From: Chiloscyllium plagiosum
Taxonomy: Eukaryota
Direction of reading: 5' to 3'
NCBI RefSeq assembly: GCF_004010195.1
Contig: NC_057751.1
Coordinates: forward strand, 6,476,699-6,517,256
Length of the DNA stretch: 40,558 bases
A model generated the notes under the pieces. It did not search any database and was not told the origin of the DNA. It worked only from the letters and a program-made list of their open reading frames with translations. The stretch's first letter is position 1; the number at the start of each line of letters is the position of its first letter. The position numbers were made by a program, and so were the translations under genes. Positions 24,261 through 36,155 of this stretch are shown one piece after another.

Positions 24261-26116
24261 TCTTGTTGCTGTAGTTGCAATGATTCTTGATTAAACAGTT
24301 GATGATGCAAAACATCAATCAATAATTTTATGAATGTGAGCAAGTATATGCAATGAACTCTGACCAGTGTTACCTGAATGCCCTCAGTAGGTTTTTGTTT
24401 TGGTTCCCCTGCCATGATATATACTGTGATGGGCAGTGCCTGGCGAGCAGTGCTCGATTATGTGCATGTCTGGGCTTTAAATATGACATTGGCGTTGGGA
24501 ATCCTCTGAGGTTCTGGCAGCATTGAGGACCTCTGTCACGAGTGAACACATGATACTATGAGCAGGGCACTATGGAGGCATGATGCATGCATACTGAGGT
24601 GACCAGCAGAGAAGAGTGAGAGAGGGGTTGTTAGGACTCATGAAGAGAAACCTTGCATTAAACTCCCTGAAACTGTCTCTGCTGATTTTTGGCAAAGTTT
24701 AACATGCAGTGTTAATTCAGTGGATAAATGTAACTCCAACACCTTGACAGGTCAGTAAGATTGATATTGACAATGAAAGGAGAAAGAACAAAGACATGAT
24801 CATTGTTTTGTCCTAAAATACAAGTATCAACTGTTTGAGCAGAATGAGTTATTTCTCAACTGGATATTCAATGTTACCTTAAATAAATATTTCACTAATT
24901 CTGGCAGTAATAAAGTTGGGCATGATCTTACCAAATAATGTAAATTATTCAGACAGTTTTGCAGCAATTTGGACATTTCAAGAGAAAATGTGTTCAGGAT
25001 TACAAAACAAAAAATCCTTACATGTTTATTTGAGGGAGCATAGTTGTAATATTTCAGGCTTCTAGGAATGGTTATTAACTCAGCAGAATGCTCATAATTC
25101 AGCTTCAATTCCGATCTAACATTTATTGTCCATGGAAGGCCAATAAAATATCCTCAACAGCAAATGGCGACTCTAGGGAGTGTCAGCCTGGCTTCTGCAC
25201 TGAGAATGTTGGATAATGACTGGAGAAGATGACTTTGACAGAAATCTTGCTCTTGGGGAATATCACCAGTTTAAGCAATTGATTTTCCTGTTTGCCAGTA
25301 ACCATTGTCACAGTGAAACTAATTCAGTTGTAACGTGCAACTGCCAGGAGGTTATGCCATGTTGAGTGTCAGTGGCCCCCTAATGACCACCAATGTATGA
25401 AGACTGATGTGTTCATTCTTGCAGCCAGAACAAAAACAGAGACATTATTGTATCATAAATTTGAATAATATTTGTGCAGACCATTAATTGTTGAGCCAGT
25501 TTACCTCAGCTGAGTCAATAGCACACTAAAAATGGCTTTATAACTCTGGTTAGAGAATGAAAAACTCAGCAAGGATTTCTACTGTTAATGTTAAATTGCT
25601 GAGCCTCATATGATGTAATGACATTACGTAATCAGTGAGTTATGTGCAACCTTGATGCTGCACATGAGTATGAACTTAAGAGTTGGGAGCAGAAGCATGT
25701 AAAATAGGCCCATAAACCTACTTCACCATTTGGTAATCTTATAGCTAATCTTCTATCTTCAACTTCTCAGCCTATCCCAATGCTGCTTAATTCCCTCAGT
25801 GTTCAAAAATATATAAATCTTACACCAGTGACTCAACATCTAGATCCCTTTGTGTTGTCTCAGGCAGTGATTCTGAAGGGCTAACATGTTATATTGACTG
25901 CAACAATTCTACTGAAGCCTAACACAGTCAGGAGGTGGAGTCCACAAACTCTACTCTTGGTTTCTAAAGGAACAGATGTATCTATACCAACCTCTTTGGA
26001 TCCAAGTAATAATGCCCCACTGAATGTTAGTGCAAGTTTGCAAATGACACCACTGTAGTGGGTCTTATCTGAAACAACAAGACAGAGTACAGGAAAGAGA
26101 TGAACAGTTTAGTATT

Positions 26117-26880
26117 ATGATACAAGAACAACAATCTCTCCCTCAATGTCAGGAAGATGAAGGAGGTGGTCATCAACTTCAGGAAGTGGAGTGGAGGATA
26201 TGCCCCCTGATTGTACCAATGGTTCTGAGGTGGAGATAGTTGAGGGCTTCAAGTTCTTGGGAATAAATATCACCAACGATCTGTTTTGGTCCATCGATGC
26301 TACAGTCAAGAAAGCACATCAACGTCTCTGCTTCCTCAGAAGGTGAAAGAAATTCGGCATGTCCACAATGACACTTACCAATTTTTCTAGATACCCCACA
26401 GAAAGCATTCTCTCTAGGTCATCACAGCTTGGTTTGGCAACTGCTCTGCCCAAGACTGCAAGAAATTAGAGAAAGTTATGAATGCACCCAGTCCATTACG
26501 CAAGCCACCCTTGCATCCATTGACTCCGTATACACTTCCTGCTGCCTCGTGAAAGCAGCTAACATAATCAAAGACCTTTCCCACCTTGGTTATATCCTCT
26601 TCCACACTCTTTTGTTGGCCAGAAGGTACAGAAGTATGAAGACATGTACCAACATACTAAGAGCAGCTTCTTAACCATTATTATCAGACTTTTGAACAGA
26701 CATCTCATATATAAGAATTGATATGTCTCTGCACCTCCTGTCAACCTGTAACACCATATTCTGCATTCTGTTCGATGATCCTGAAGTACTTACATAGGGT
26801 ATGATTTGCCTGAATAGCATGCAAAACAATACCTTTCACTGTATCTCAGTATGTGACAATATCAAATCAAATCAAATCAT
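26117..26880 (+). mobile_element. Rex1/Babar-type LINE 3' fragment
   Basis: NNLSLNVRK.KEVVINFRK..NGSEVEIVEGFKFLGINITNDL..VKKAHQRLCFLRR, with a (caaat)n tail at about 26860-26880. Confidence 0.85.
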
Positions 26881-27856
26881 TCATCCTAGTTTTGCAGACC
26901 ATTGCCTCTACTATAGGTACCCTGTGGTTTTGTGTTCCCCCGCACGATTCACTGCAGAGGCCAAACACATAGCAAAGACCATTTGTAGCAGCAAACTATC
27001 TCAGACAGGAGTAATCATCTGAGAAAATACCACACTTTGGAGTGGAGAATTGAGGAGTGAACTTTCATGACCTTCTGAGTGAATAAACTTTCCTTTTTGG
27101 AGACTGCATTGAACTTCAGTGCTCCTACAGTTGCAAAATGATTTGGATCAGTTTCCAGAATTCTGCTGCGATCCACGCAACCATGTCCCACCAACAATCA
27201 TGAACTTTTGGGGCCAAACGATGAGATACCCCCATATAGGTGAGGGAAGTATTTTTGCTGGAACAATTGGAGAAAATTGTAACTTTCTTCAATAGTCCTT
27301 TGGATTTATTTTGCTGAGTCAGCAAAATACCTTGCCAATTCTTGGCGAGGGACCTCATGTGAAAGATGGCAATTCTGATAATACAACAGTCACTGAGTGC
27401 CATCCCTGCAGAGATAGCTGTAGATTTTGGTTGTGACACTGTTTTTCCCTGTCTTGACTGATAACAGTAAACTGGAGGCCTTCACCAGCAATAGCTTCTT
27501 CTACTTAAAAGCATGGTCTGTTGCATGATTTCATTTTAATTTGATTCTGTTGATTTCTCTCACAAACATTTCTCAGTCACATCAGAAAAAAAACTACTGC
27601 TTACAAACTGTATCCTTTGACCATGAAGTCAGTGTTTATTACGTAAGATCAATAGTATTTGAACAGTTGAAAATCTGCAGGTTTATATTTTTATGTGGCC
27701 TTCCAGTTTAAAACAAGTTATTATTTATTTCTTCTTTCTCAGTAACATCTTCAATTTATAATCAATGCTACATATATTCTGAATATTTCTTCCCTCTTGT
27801 CTTTCCTCTCCAACCATAGTGGATTCTTGTCCAACTTTATTTTATGTACTTAGCAC

Positions 27857-28178
27857 TTAGATTGGATTCCCTACAATATGGAAACAGGCCCTTCGGCCCA
27901 ACAAGTCCACACCAACCCTCCAAAGAGTAACCCACCCAGACCTATTCCCCTACATTTACCTCTGACTAATGCACCTGTCGCTATGAGCAATTTAGCGTGG
28001 CCAATTCACTTGACCTGCACATCTTTGGATTGTGGGAGGAAACCAGAGCACCCGGTGGAAACCCACACAGACACGGGGAGAATGTGCAAACTCCACACAG
28101 ACCATTGCCCAAGGCAGGAATTGAACCCAAGTCCCTGGCGCTGTGAGGCAGCAGTGCTAACCACTGAGACACCGTGCC
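27857..28178 (-). mobile_element. HE1-type V-SINE
   Basis: Reverse complement of the SINE at 28733-29050 (tRNA-like head, V-domain, CR1-like tail). Confidence 0.93.
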
Positions 28179-28329
28179 ATACTCTTCAGTGTCTTCTTCA
28201 TGACAGGTGTGAGAGGGCAGGGCCAAGGGTTGTCATTCTGATCCTACATTATTACAACCATTGTGTTTTGATCCTTGTGTTTAACAGAAGGCAAGTTCAG
28301 ACCCTGAGCTAGACAAGAAGCAGAGTCCT

Positions 28330-28718
28330 TTGGTGACGTATTGGTAATGTCAGTGGACTGATAACTTAGCTATTGGTTTAGGACCACATTGAATCACAAC
28401 AGATGGTGGAACTTAAATTCAATTAATAATTGTGGATTTGAAAACTCATCTGAGTAATGGTCACTACAAAACTATTGTCAATTGTTGAGTGTTAATATAT
28501 TGTTGGCAATGAAAACTCCATTTGGTTCTTGAATGTCACTCAGTAAAGGAAACCTGCTGTCTTTGCCTGCTCAAACCCACATGTGACCTAGGATCTACAC
28601 TGATGTGGGCAATTCTTCATTGCCTTCTGAGGTACTCCAAAAGGTCATTTAATTCAAGCGTAATTAAGGATGGGCAATAATACTGGTCAAGCTAACAACA
28701 CTGACACCCATGAAAGAA
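28330..28718 (+). mobile_element. Older tRNA-derived SINE whose 3' tail matches the second CR1-group LINE
   Basis: tRNA-like head tggtgacgtattggtaatgtcagtggactg and tail aattaaggatgggcaataatactggtcaagc...cccatgaa. Confidence 0.55.
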
Positions 28719-28732
28719 GGGAAGAGAATTGT

Positions 28733-29050
28733 GGGCGGCACGGTGGCACAGTGGTTAGCACTGCTGCCTCACAGCGCCTGAGACCCGGGTTCAATTCCCG
28801 CCTCAGGCGACTGACTGTGTGGAGTTTGCACGTTCTCCCCGTGTCTGCGTGGGTTTCCTCCGGGTGCTCCGGTTTCCTCCCACAGTCCAAAAGATGTGCA
28901 GGGTCAGGTGAATTGGCCATGCTAAATTGCCCGTAGTGTTAGGTAAGGGGTAAATGTAGGGGTATGGGTGGGTTTCGCTTCGGCGGGTCGGTGTGGACTT
29001 GTTGGGCCGAAGGGCCTGTTTCCACACTGTAATGTAATCTAATCTAATCT
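28733..29050 (+). mobile_element. HE1-type V-SINE, full length and CpG-rich (young)
   Basis: Starts gggcggcacggtggcacagtggttagcactgctgcctcacagcgcc, has B box ggttcaattcc and the V-domain, and ends ggacttgttgggccgaagggcctgtttcc plus (taatc)n. Confidence 0.95.
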
Positions 29051-30202
29051 ATTCAAAGAATAGGTTTGGCTGTTCAAAATATCCCCTAATCCTGTCCCTC
29101 ATTCCAAAATATGCAATGTTTATAGAAGGCGAATGCAGAACATTATGAGGTCAGTGTAAGAAAGTTATTTCTTTAACCATGTTTGTTGAAAGACAAGAAA
29201 GAAGGTGGGGGTTGTGTCTTCTTCGGAGGTATGCTATATGCCATTGGAGCATCCCACCCCAACTGAACCCTTCTCAATTCCAGCCTTGCCACCAAAACTG
29301 TGCCCTCACTGCTCTTGACACTTCCTCCCTTGGGCTCCCTGACCAAACTCATGACTTAACACAACGTGTACACCAGTCAGATTGGCCAGTTAAAATTCCT
29401 TCCTTCGAAGAGCAGAAGTCACCCTCACATATACTTAATGTCATCTGCAATGTGTGTAATTGCTGCAGAGTGCCTTGCTAATGTGGGTCAGTTGGTGTGC
29501 GTCGTTTCTCCTGGAACTTGGAGCAGGAGGAGAGGGTGTGTAATTACCTGCCTGCCTCTCCGCATCACTAAATTTCAGCCAAAAATTTGATCAAATAACT
29601 CTGCATCATGCAGGGATCGTGTGAGCTTGTGTGGCACAGTGTTAAATGGTTTTTATCCAATTACAATATGGGTTTCATACAATATTTAAGATCAGACAAA
29701 TTGGCAAAGTTGCAGAAGTAATTCAATGTGGAGTTCAGAAATGCCTGGCTTTGCACAAAATACTGTACTGTGCTATTTATGAATAAATTCAGCCTAACCA
29801 TCATGAAAATTGCTTATAATGTTCAGGCCGATTATTGTTGTAAAATTGCTACTTTTCCAGTGATGTAGGTATGAAAGAGTTTCAGTTCTTTGACTCTAGA
29901 TAAGGCAGAGGAAGCAGCTGAGTTCTCAGCAGTACAGGAGGAGGATTTGTAGATGATCTGCAACTTCAGGTATAAGCATGTGTCAATCTGCTCCTGATTA
30001 CTTAGAGTCACTCTTGTGTTGAAAATAAATTATTTAAATGCAGGAATATAAATTGAGAGACAATGGGAAGTTAGCACAAATTTAAATTAAGTGGCAAAAA
30101 TGACCAGGTTCTGGCTGAGGTTGTCAGGTAATCAGGTCCAGATGGGATACTCCAAATCATCTGGTGAGGAGGGATAAACGAAGTTCTCTTTATTCAGGGT
30201 TT

Positions 30203-31165
30203 ATAGAGTCACAGCGTTGTACAGCATGGAAATAGACCTTTCGTTCCAACCCGTCCAGGCTGACCAGATATCCTAAATTAATCTATTCCCATTTTCCAGC
30301 ATTTGGCCCATATCCCTCCAAACCCTTCCCACTTATGTACCCATTCAGATGCCTTTTAAATGTTGTGATTGTATCAGCCTCCACTACTTCCTCTGGCAGC
30401 TCATTCCATTCATGCACCACTCTCTGCATGAAAAGGTTGCAACTTAGATCCCTTTTAAATCTGTCTTGTCCTCCAATAACCAATGCTGTCTAGTTTTGGA
30501 CTCGCCTACCCTGGAAAAAAAGCTTGGCCATTTGCCCTATCTGTGGCCTCTCATGTTTTTTTAAACCTCCATTAGGTGAACCTCAGCCGCCGATGCTCCA
30601 GGGAAAGTAGCCCCAGCCCATTCAGCCTCACCCTTTCACTGAAACCCTCTAATCCTGGCAACATCTTTGTAAATCTTGTCTGCACCCTTTCAAGTTTAAC
30701 AACATCTTTCTGATCGCAGGGAAACCAGAACTGAATGCAGTATTCCAAAAGTAGCCTAGCCAATATGCTGTATAGCTGCAATATGACATCCCAATTCTGA
30801 TATTCAATGCACTGACCAATAAAGGCAAGCATACCAAATGCCTTTTTCACCACCCTGTCAACCTGCAACTTCACCTTCGAGGAACTATGAACCTGTGCCC
30901 CAAGGTCTCTTTGTTTTGCAGCACTCTCCAAGACCCTACCATTATGTGCATATGTCCTGCCCTGGTTTGCCTTACCAAAACCCAACTCCTCACATTTATC
31001 TAAATTAAACTCCATCTGCCACTCCTTGGACCATCAGTCCATCTGATCAAGATCCCATTGCATGCTGAGATAACCTTCTTTGCAGTCCACTACACCACCC
31101 ATGTTGGTGTCATCTGCAAAATTACTATCCATACCTCCTATATTCGCATCCAAACCATTTATCAT
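30203..31165 (-). mobile_element. CR1 LINE, 5'-truncated
   Basis: FADDT region near 31110, MEFNLDKC, RDLGAQVH, LEYCIQFW, RVVHEWNELPEEVVEA, GYGPNAGKWE. Confidence 0.93.
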
Positions 31166-32889
31166 TTGTTACTGCAAGTCCAGTTTGCAAAGCACCCCCA
31201 CCCTTGTGGATACCTTTCTCCCAGATCAAATGAATTTATGTTTTCACAAGACCAGTTGGGGCTGGGCATTAACTGCTAGTTGATCCAAAAAAGCACACAC
31301 CCTATGACTGAATTTAAAAAAACACCTTCAGGATATTACCATTCAAGTTGAGTTGCATTTCTTCCTTTTAAGTCTGTCCTTCTTTGACATTTCACCAGCA
31401 GTGACCTAATAGGCTCGTTCTCTCTCTCCCTCTCTCTCTCAGACAGGCACTGAATGGATAGCTACACTCATTTGTTGGCTATATTTTCCTGCTTTAAAAC
31501 AACAACACATTGTTAGAATTAAACCTTCAATGTGCGCATTGTTGATTTGGGCTTGATCTGTGATCACACTTCTCCTGTGAAACAAATTCCATGAGATGCA
31601 TTCTCAGCGATCATTATTAAGGATGAAAAAAAATTTAATATATAAAACAACATGCACGCTCAGTCATTAATTCTCATAGCTATTCTCCTAGATTCAGTCA
31701 ATATGATCTTTCCAGCTCTGTACATTGCTGGAAAATTAAATGTAATTGCAAACACAGTATGGGTGATTTTTAGATCGTAATGTTGAATGTACAAGCACAA
31801 GGAGTATTACTTGATGTTTTGGTTTTCAAACGTTTCCTCTAAAGTTAATGCAATGCAGTCAAGAAAGGCTGTGGTCTATCTGTACCCATTTTGGACACAT
31901 ATCTCAAAGGGTTTAAAAGCCTGTAATAAATCAAGGGTTTCTTTTGCTACTGTGAAATACCATCACTGATGTTTGCTGAGTTTTTCGAGTAATCATTCTA
32001 CTCTAGATTTAACTTTCTAAAGGAGGACAACCCCTACCTGATATCACTTGCTTCAATGTCTATTTTAATGCTTAGTTAAATTTTGGAGCTGCTTGCTTCT
32101 TAAAGTGACATTCAGCTTTTTAAAACCTGCCTGGTATTTTTCAATTCATTACTTTTTTTCTGTTGCATGTTGTGCTTAAGTTTGGAACAAACTTTTGATG
32201 GTACTTGCACATTCCCAAGAACTCATGATTTCTCATTTTGGTGTGGGACGGGGGACTGTGCTTCTGCCTGGACCTACATGTCTCTTGTGTTTCAGCATAC
32301 TTGCTCTTTGCAAGATTGACCCCTTGGTCAGCTGAGTCTATTTTCTGCAAGAGGGCTTCCAGTTGCTTCAGGTGCAATTTCCAGGTGTCACTGGACTCAA
32401 GGATATTGTCCAGGTTTACTACACAGAGAGATAAACCTGCCACTGCTGGTTCATCAGCAATTGAAAGGTGACTGAGGCATTTTACACTGTTTGTGGCATT
32501 GTTTGACACAAGTATAATCTGTCTGGAATTATGAAGGCAGAGAAATGCTCAATGTGGGCAGTGTGACGATATTGTGGCTTTCCTAAGTTATTTTGTCCTT
32601 TTTTTAAGACAGGTTGTAAGGCAGAGCTACTGAGCCTTCGACCAGAACCATGAGAATAAACGGTTTAGGAGACCTTGGTTTTTTAAAAAATATCCCAGAT
32701 GGGTGTGGTCAGCTCTCATAGATCTAGATTTCTGGGTTTTGCTTTTTCAGTCGCGTCAGAAGCAATTGGGGTCTCAACAGAGTTGGAAGCTTCAGTGAAT
32801 GTCTCTCAACTACTACTGTCTCTGAATTTTTTCTTGATAATTTCCCTCCTCGATTGGAGAACTGCATGAGAGAATCGGTTTCTGAATGT

Positions 32890-34717
32890 TCATTGGCTTT
32901 TTAACCACAGAAAGCATCACTCTCACCTGTGATCCAGCTGTATCATTACCATGAACAAATTGTATTCCTGGAGCTGAGAATTTCTCCAGTACTCCTACTT
33001 TCACTTTTCCACTTTTTTCTGGACACTCCATCCTCATTTTATAAAATGGAGCACCTGTCATCTCATCAACAATTCCACATAATACCACTTTTTCTGGCAG
33101 TATTCCTCCTGAATTAAATATCTCCTCATCTTTCACCATCTAAGATTTTTGTGCTCCCATATCTCTTAAAATTGTAGTTTTTTTTACCTGCTTCTCCTGA
33201 CATATACAAGTGAACCTTACCCTCACAAGTAAATTGTTCAAGAAGATCTGGCACTTTCTTCTCAACCAACCCCTGACCTGGTTGTACATTCTGGTGCAGC
33301 TTTTTGGGTTCCACTATGCTTTCCTTTAATACTTCAACAAAATGCACTGGCTTATCCTGTTTTTCTACATCCGTCTTCCCAGTGCTTTTTCTCAACCACG
33401 AACATTGCGACTTCGCCACTTTATTGCAGTGAAACCATCTGAGGTTTTGTTTTATTTCTCTTTGCCCCTCATGGGTTTTCTTTTTATCCCGAGGTAAACT
33501 ATCTTTATTACCTCCAATGAGATCTCCTTTTCCCTCATCATCTGAGTATATTTCATTTCCCCACTTTCTATCCTTCACAGATTAAAATCGATGTCAGACT
33601 TTGACTTATGAACCAGCTCAGAATCATCAGCCATTTCAGCTGTTAATCTTGTCATTTTAACTCTCTGCTTTTCCATATGAGTTCTCACAACTTCAAGAAT
33701 CGAATTTTTGAATTCCTCCAGAATAACCATCTCTCTAGGAATGGTGCATGTTTGACCTTTGGTGCCTTTATCCACCTATCAAAATTACTTTGCTTGATCC
33801 TTTCAAACTCAATGTACATTTGAGCAGTGTCCCTTAGATTTCTGAAACATTGTCTGTAGACTTCAGTTACTCGCCCATACGGACATAACATGGCAGTTTT
33901 CACCTTATTATACTCCCCAGATACCAGGTCTGATCGTGATGCAAATACCTCATTAGCTCAACCTACCAACTATTTCTGGATCAACAGTACCTACATGATG
34001 GTGAAACTGAGGACTGCAGATGCTGGATATTAGAGTCAAGGTTAGAGTGGTGCTGGAAAAGCACAGTAGGTCAGGCAGCGTCTGAGGAGCAGGAAAATCG
34101 ACATTTCAGGCAGGCGCCCTTCATCAGGAATGATCACTGGCCACTTCATTTGTTTAGCCACTTTCTCAAATGAAATGAAAAAGGCTTTCACATCCTTCTT
34201 GTCGAATTTAGGCAACACTTGGACATGTTTAAACAAATCCCTACACCAAGCGTTTGGCAATGATGGGTTTGCTCATCATCACTATCCTCTGCACTAAACC
34301 TACCTTCTACCTTCACCTCCACCCTTTTAAGTCAACATTCCTCTCTAATTGCGAATTTCTGAAGTTTGAACTCTCACTCTTTCTGCTTTTCTTCTGCTCG
34401 GACCTTCCTCTCCTTTTCTTTTTCCTCTGCTCGGGCTATTCTTTCCTTCTGCTTTTCATTGCAATTCAAACTGTTTCATTTCCTTTTCGTGTTCAGCTGG
34501 TTCAGCTGCAAAGTCATTTCCAAAGATTTCAATGGCATTTCAGGCAATCGTAAATGTCAAGCTATTACTGCAATTACCTTCTCTTTCCACACGGACAAAG
34601 GCAACCCCAATTCCAGCTGGTCTGCCAATTCCAACAGCTTTGCCTTGCTCACTTTCACTAAATCTCCCACAGTGGCTTCTTCCACTCCCAGAAAACTCTC
34701 AGTGAATGAAAAGCCAT
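32890..34717 (-). pseudogene. Gypsy gag (coiled coil, capsid/SCAN-like region, decayed zinc knuckle) and aspartic protease, frameshifted
   Basis: LPKFDKKDVKAFFISFEKVAKQMKWP; EVYRQCFRNL..FDRW; REMVILEEFKNS..AEMADD; WFHCNK..SQC; ILRDMGA (decayed RDTGA); GIQFVHGNDTAG. Confidence 0.85.
34001..34131 (-). mobile_element. Penelope-terminus insertion in gag with a hammerhead motif (34096-34131)
   Basis: Minus strand reads AUUC CUGAUGA A GGGC GCCU GCCU GAAA UG UC GAUU. atgat occurs on both sides and gag rejoins across it. Confidence 0.82.
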
Positions 34718-34834
34718 TACTACACAAGACACACCCTGTTCAAGCCAACTGAATTCAATATTGAAACAAAAGACCTACCGATTGTTGCCTTTGAGTTCAA
34801 CAATTCAAAATCCAACCTGGAATTCGAAATTTTG

Positions 34835-34851
34835 ATCCCGGCAAGAGCTTT
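34835..34851 (-). promoter_or_regulatory. Degenerate primer-binding site, probably tRNA-Pro
   Basis: Minus-strand gctcttgccgggat directly after the LTR resembles the tRNA-Pro PBS TGGGGGCTCGTCCGGGAT. Confidence 0.5.
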
Positions 34852-35029
34852 AGGTCATTTTGGACCAGACCAGACCACCTCAAAATATTTTAAGAAGGTC
34901 ATCTACTCCCTAATGTTTTCTTACTTTTAAAGGCATATGTCAAGTGCCTGTTCCAGACGCAAAGTGATTGGCAGAACTACTTAAGAAACTTAGAATAACA
35001 TAACTCTGTTGGAAAACATAACAAAACTT

Positions 35030-35410
35030 AACTGCTCAGTAGCTGCTGTGTGTACTATTTACAAGATGCACTGCAGAAATTCACCAAAGATCCTTAGACA
35101 ACATCTGCCAAACCCACGACTGCTTCCACCTCGAAGGACAAGGACAGCAGGTACTTGGGAACACCACCACCTCAAGTTCCCCTCCAAGCCACTTACCCCC
35201 CGACTTGGAAATGTACCACCATTCCTTTACAGTTGTTGGGTCAAAACCCTGGAATTCCCTCCCTACCAGCATTGCGGGTCAACCCACAGCAAGTTTGCCT
35301 GCAGCAATTCAAGATGGCAGCTCATCACCACCTTCTCAAGGGAAAATAGGGATGGGCTATCAATGCTGGCTAGCCAGTGACACCCAAGTCCCACAAATGA
35401 ATAAAATAAA
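35030..35410 (+). mobile_element. 3' fragment of the second CR1-group LINE inserted in the Gypsy LTR
   Basis: Colinear with 12362-12717 (tgctcagtagc..tgtgtactat..tgcagaaattcaccaaagat..caaaaccctggaattcc..tail). Confidence 0.85.
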
Positions 35411-36155
35411 GATTAAGTCATGGTTACTAATTAACTGTTCCAATATAATAATATCCCAGAAACACTCCCCTTGGCAAAAAAAGGAAAATTCAGGCACACA
35501 TTCTCACAAGTTCTCTCATCCAGGAAGAAATAAAATGAACAGAAAATTCAGAGAGTAGCAGCCAGGAGGCATTTACTGAAGCAGCCAACTCTGTTGAGAC
35601 CCCAGTAGCTTCTGATGCTACTGAAAAGCAAGACCCAGAAATTCTGATCTATGAGAGCTGGCCACACCCATTCGGGCTCTTTCAAAAAAACTGAAAGCCT
35701 CCCTGGCTGTTTACTCCAATGGTTCTGGTAGAATGCCTGACACCTCTGCCTGACAACCTCTCTTCAAAAACCACCAGTACAAAATAATTTCTTAATGTCA
35801 CAGCAGTCATGGGAATCTGCCAATATCCCTTGTGGAAATCTATCTTGATAATTAAGGCTGCTGCGCTCACACTGTCTATGCAAACTTCCAGCCAGAATAT
35901 TGGGAAGGAGTTGGCTGGAGTCACTGCAATAACTTTTCAGTGGTCAGTGCAGAGTCTTGTGGAGCAGTTCGGCTTGGCCACAAGTATTTGAACACAAGTC
36001 ATCTCCTCCTGAACATAAGCAAGCTTTTTTGCCTCGCTGATGGGGGTGTACCCTAAGAAGGTAATGAGTCACAGTTTATTGGTAGCAGCCCAACAAAGAT
36101 GATCCACTGTTAAAAACACTTGCTCTGACTCCTCACGTGAGAGGTGAGGAAGAAG

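Larger units (their letters stand above)
19481..24705 (+). mobile_element. Degraded Harbinger/PIF DNA transposon, copy 2 (transposase relic at 20759-20963 and about 23430-23690) with several nested insertions
   Basis: GFPQAQGTIDC..YFINR..VNVKVICDH..CPGSCHSAHILENS, then CR1s, then GQLLRDKGTP..WVITP..TEVRHIYNAVH..LLKMRF*CLD..CVILAC*ALPN. Left end gggttgaatttccc resembles the copy 1 terminus. 23895-23945 and 24500-24690 resemble the reverse complement of 7260-7305 and 6670-6865. Outer boundaries are approximate. Confidence 0.75.
32562..35802 (-). mobile_element. Younger Gypsy (Gmr1-like) element: 5' LTR, PBS, gag-protease pseudogene and an inverted LTR fragment; pol absent
   Basis: Termini TGTGAC...GTCACA with TSD gcag (32558-32561 and 35803-35806). 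LTR at about 34852-35802 and gag from about 34717. Confidence 0.85.

Noticed and set aside
28733..28805. tRNA gene
   Set aside because: The A and B boxes belong to the tRNA-derived head of an HE1 SINE that continues into the V-domain and tail.
34254..34752. Hydrophobic Phe/Leu/Ser-rich plus-strand ORFs as membrane proteins
   Set aside because: They are the antisense shadow of the Glu/Lys/Arg-rich coiled-coil part of Gypsy gag.
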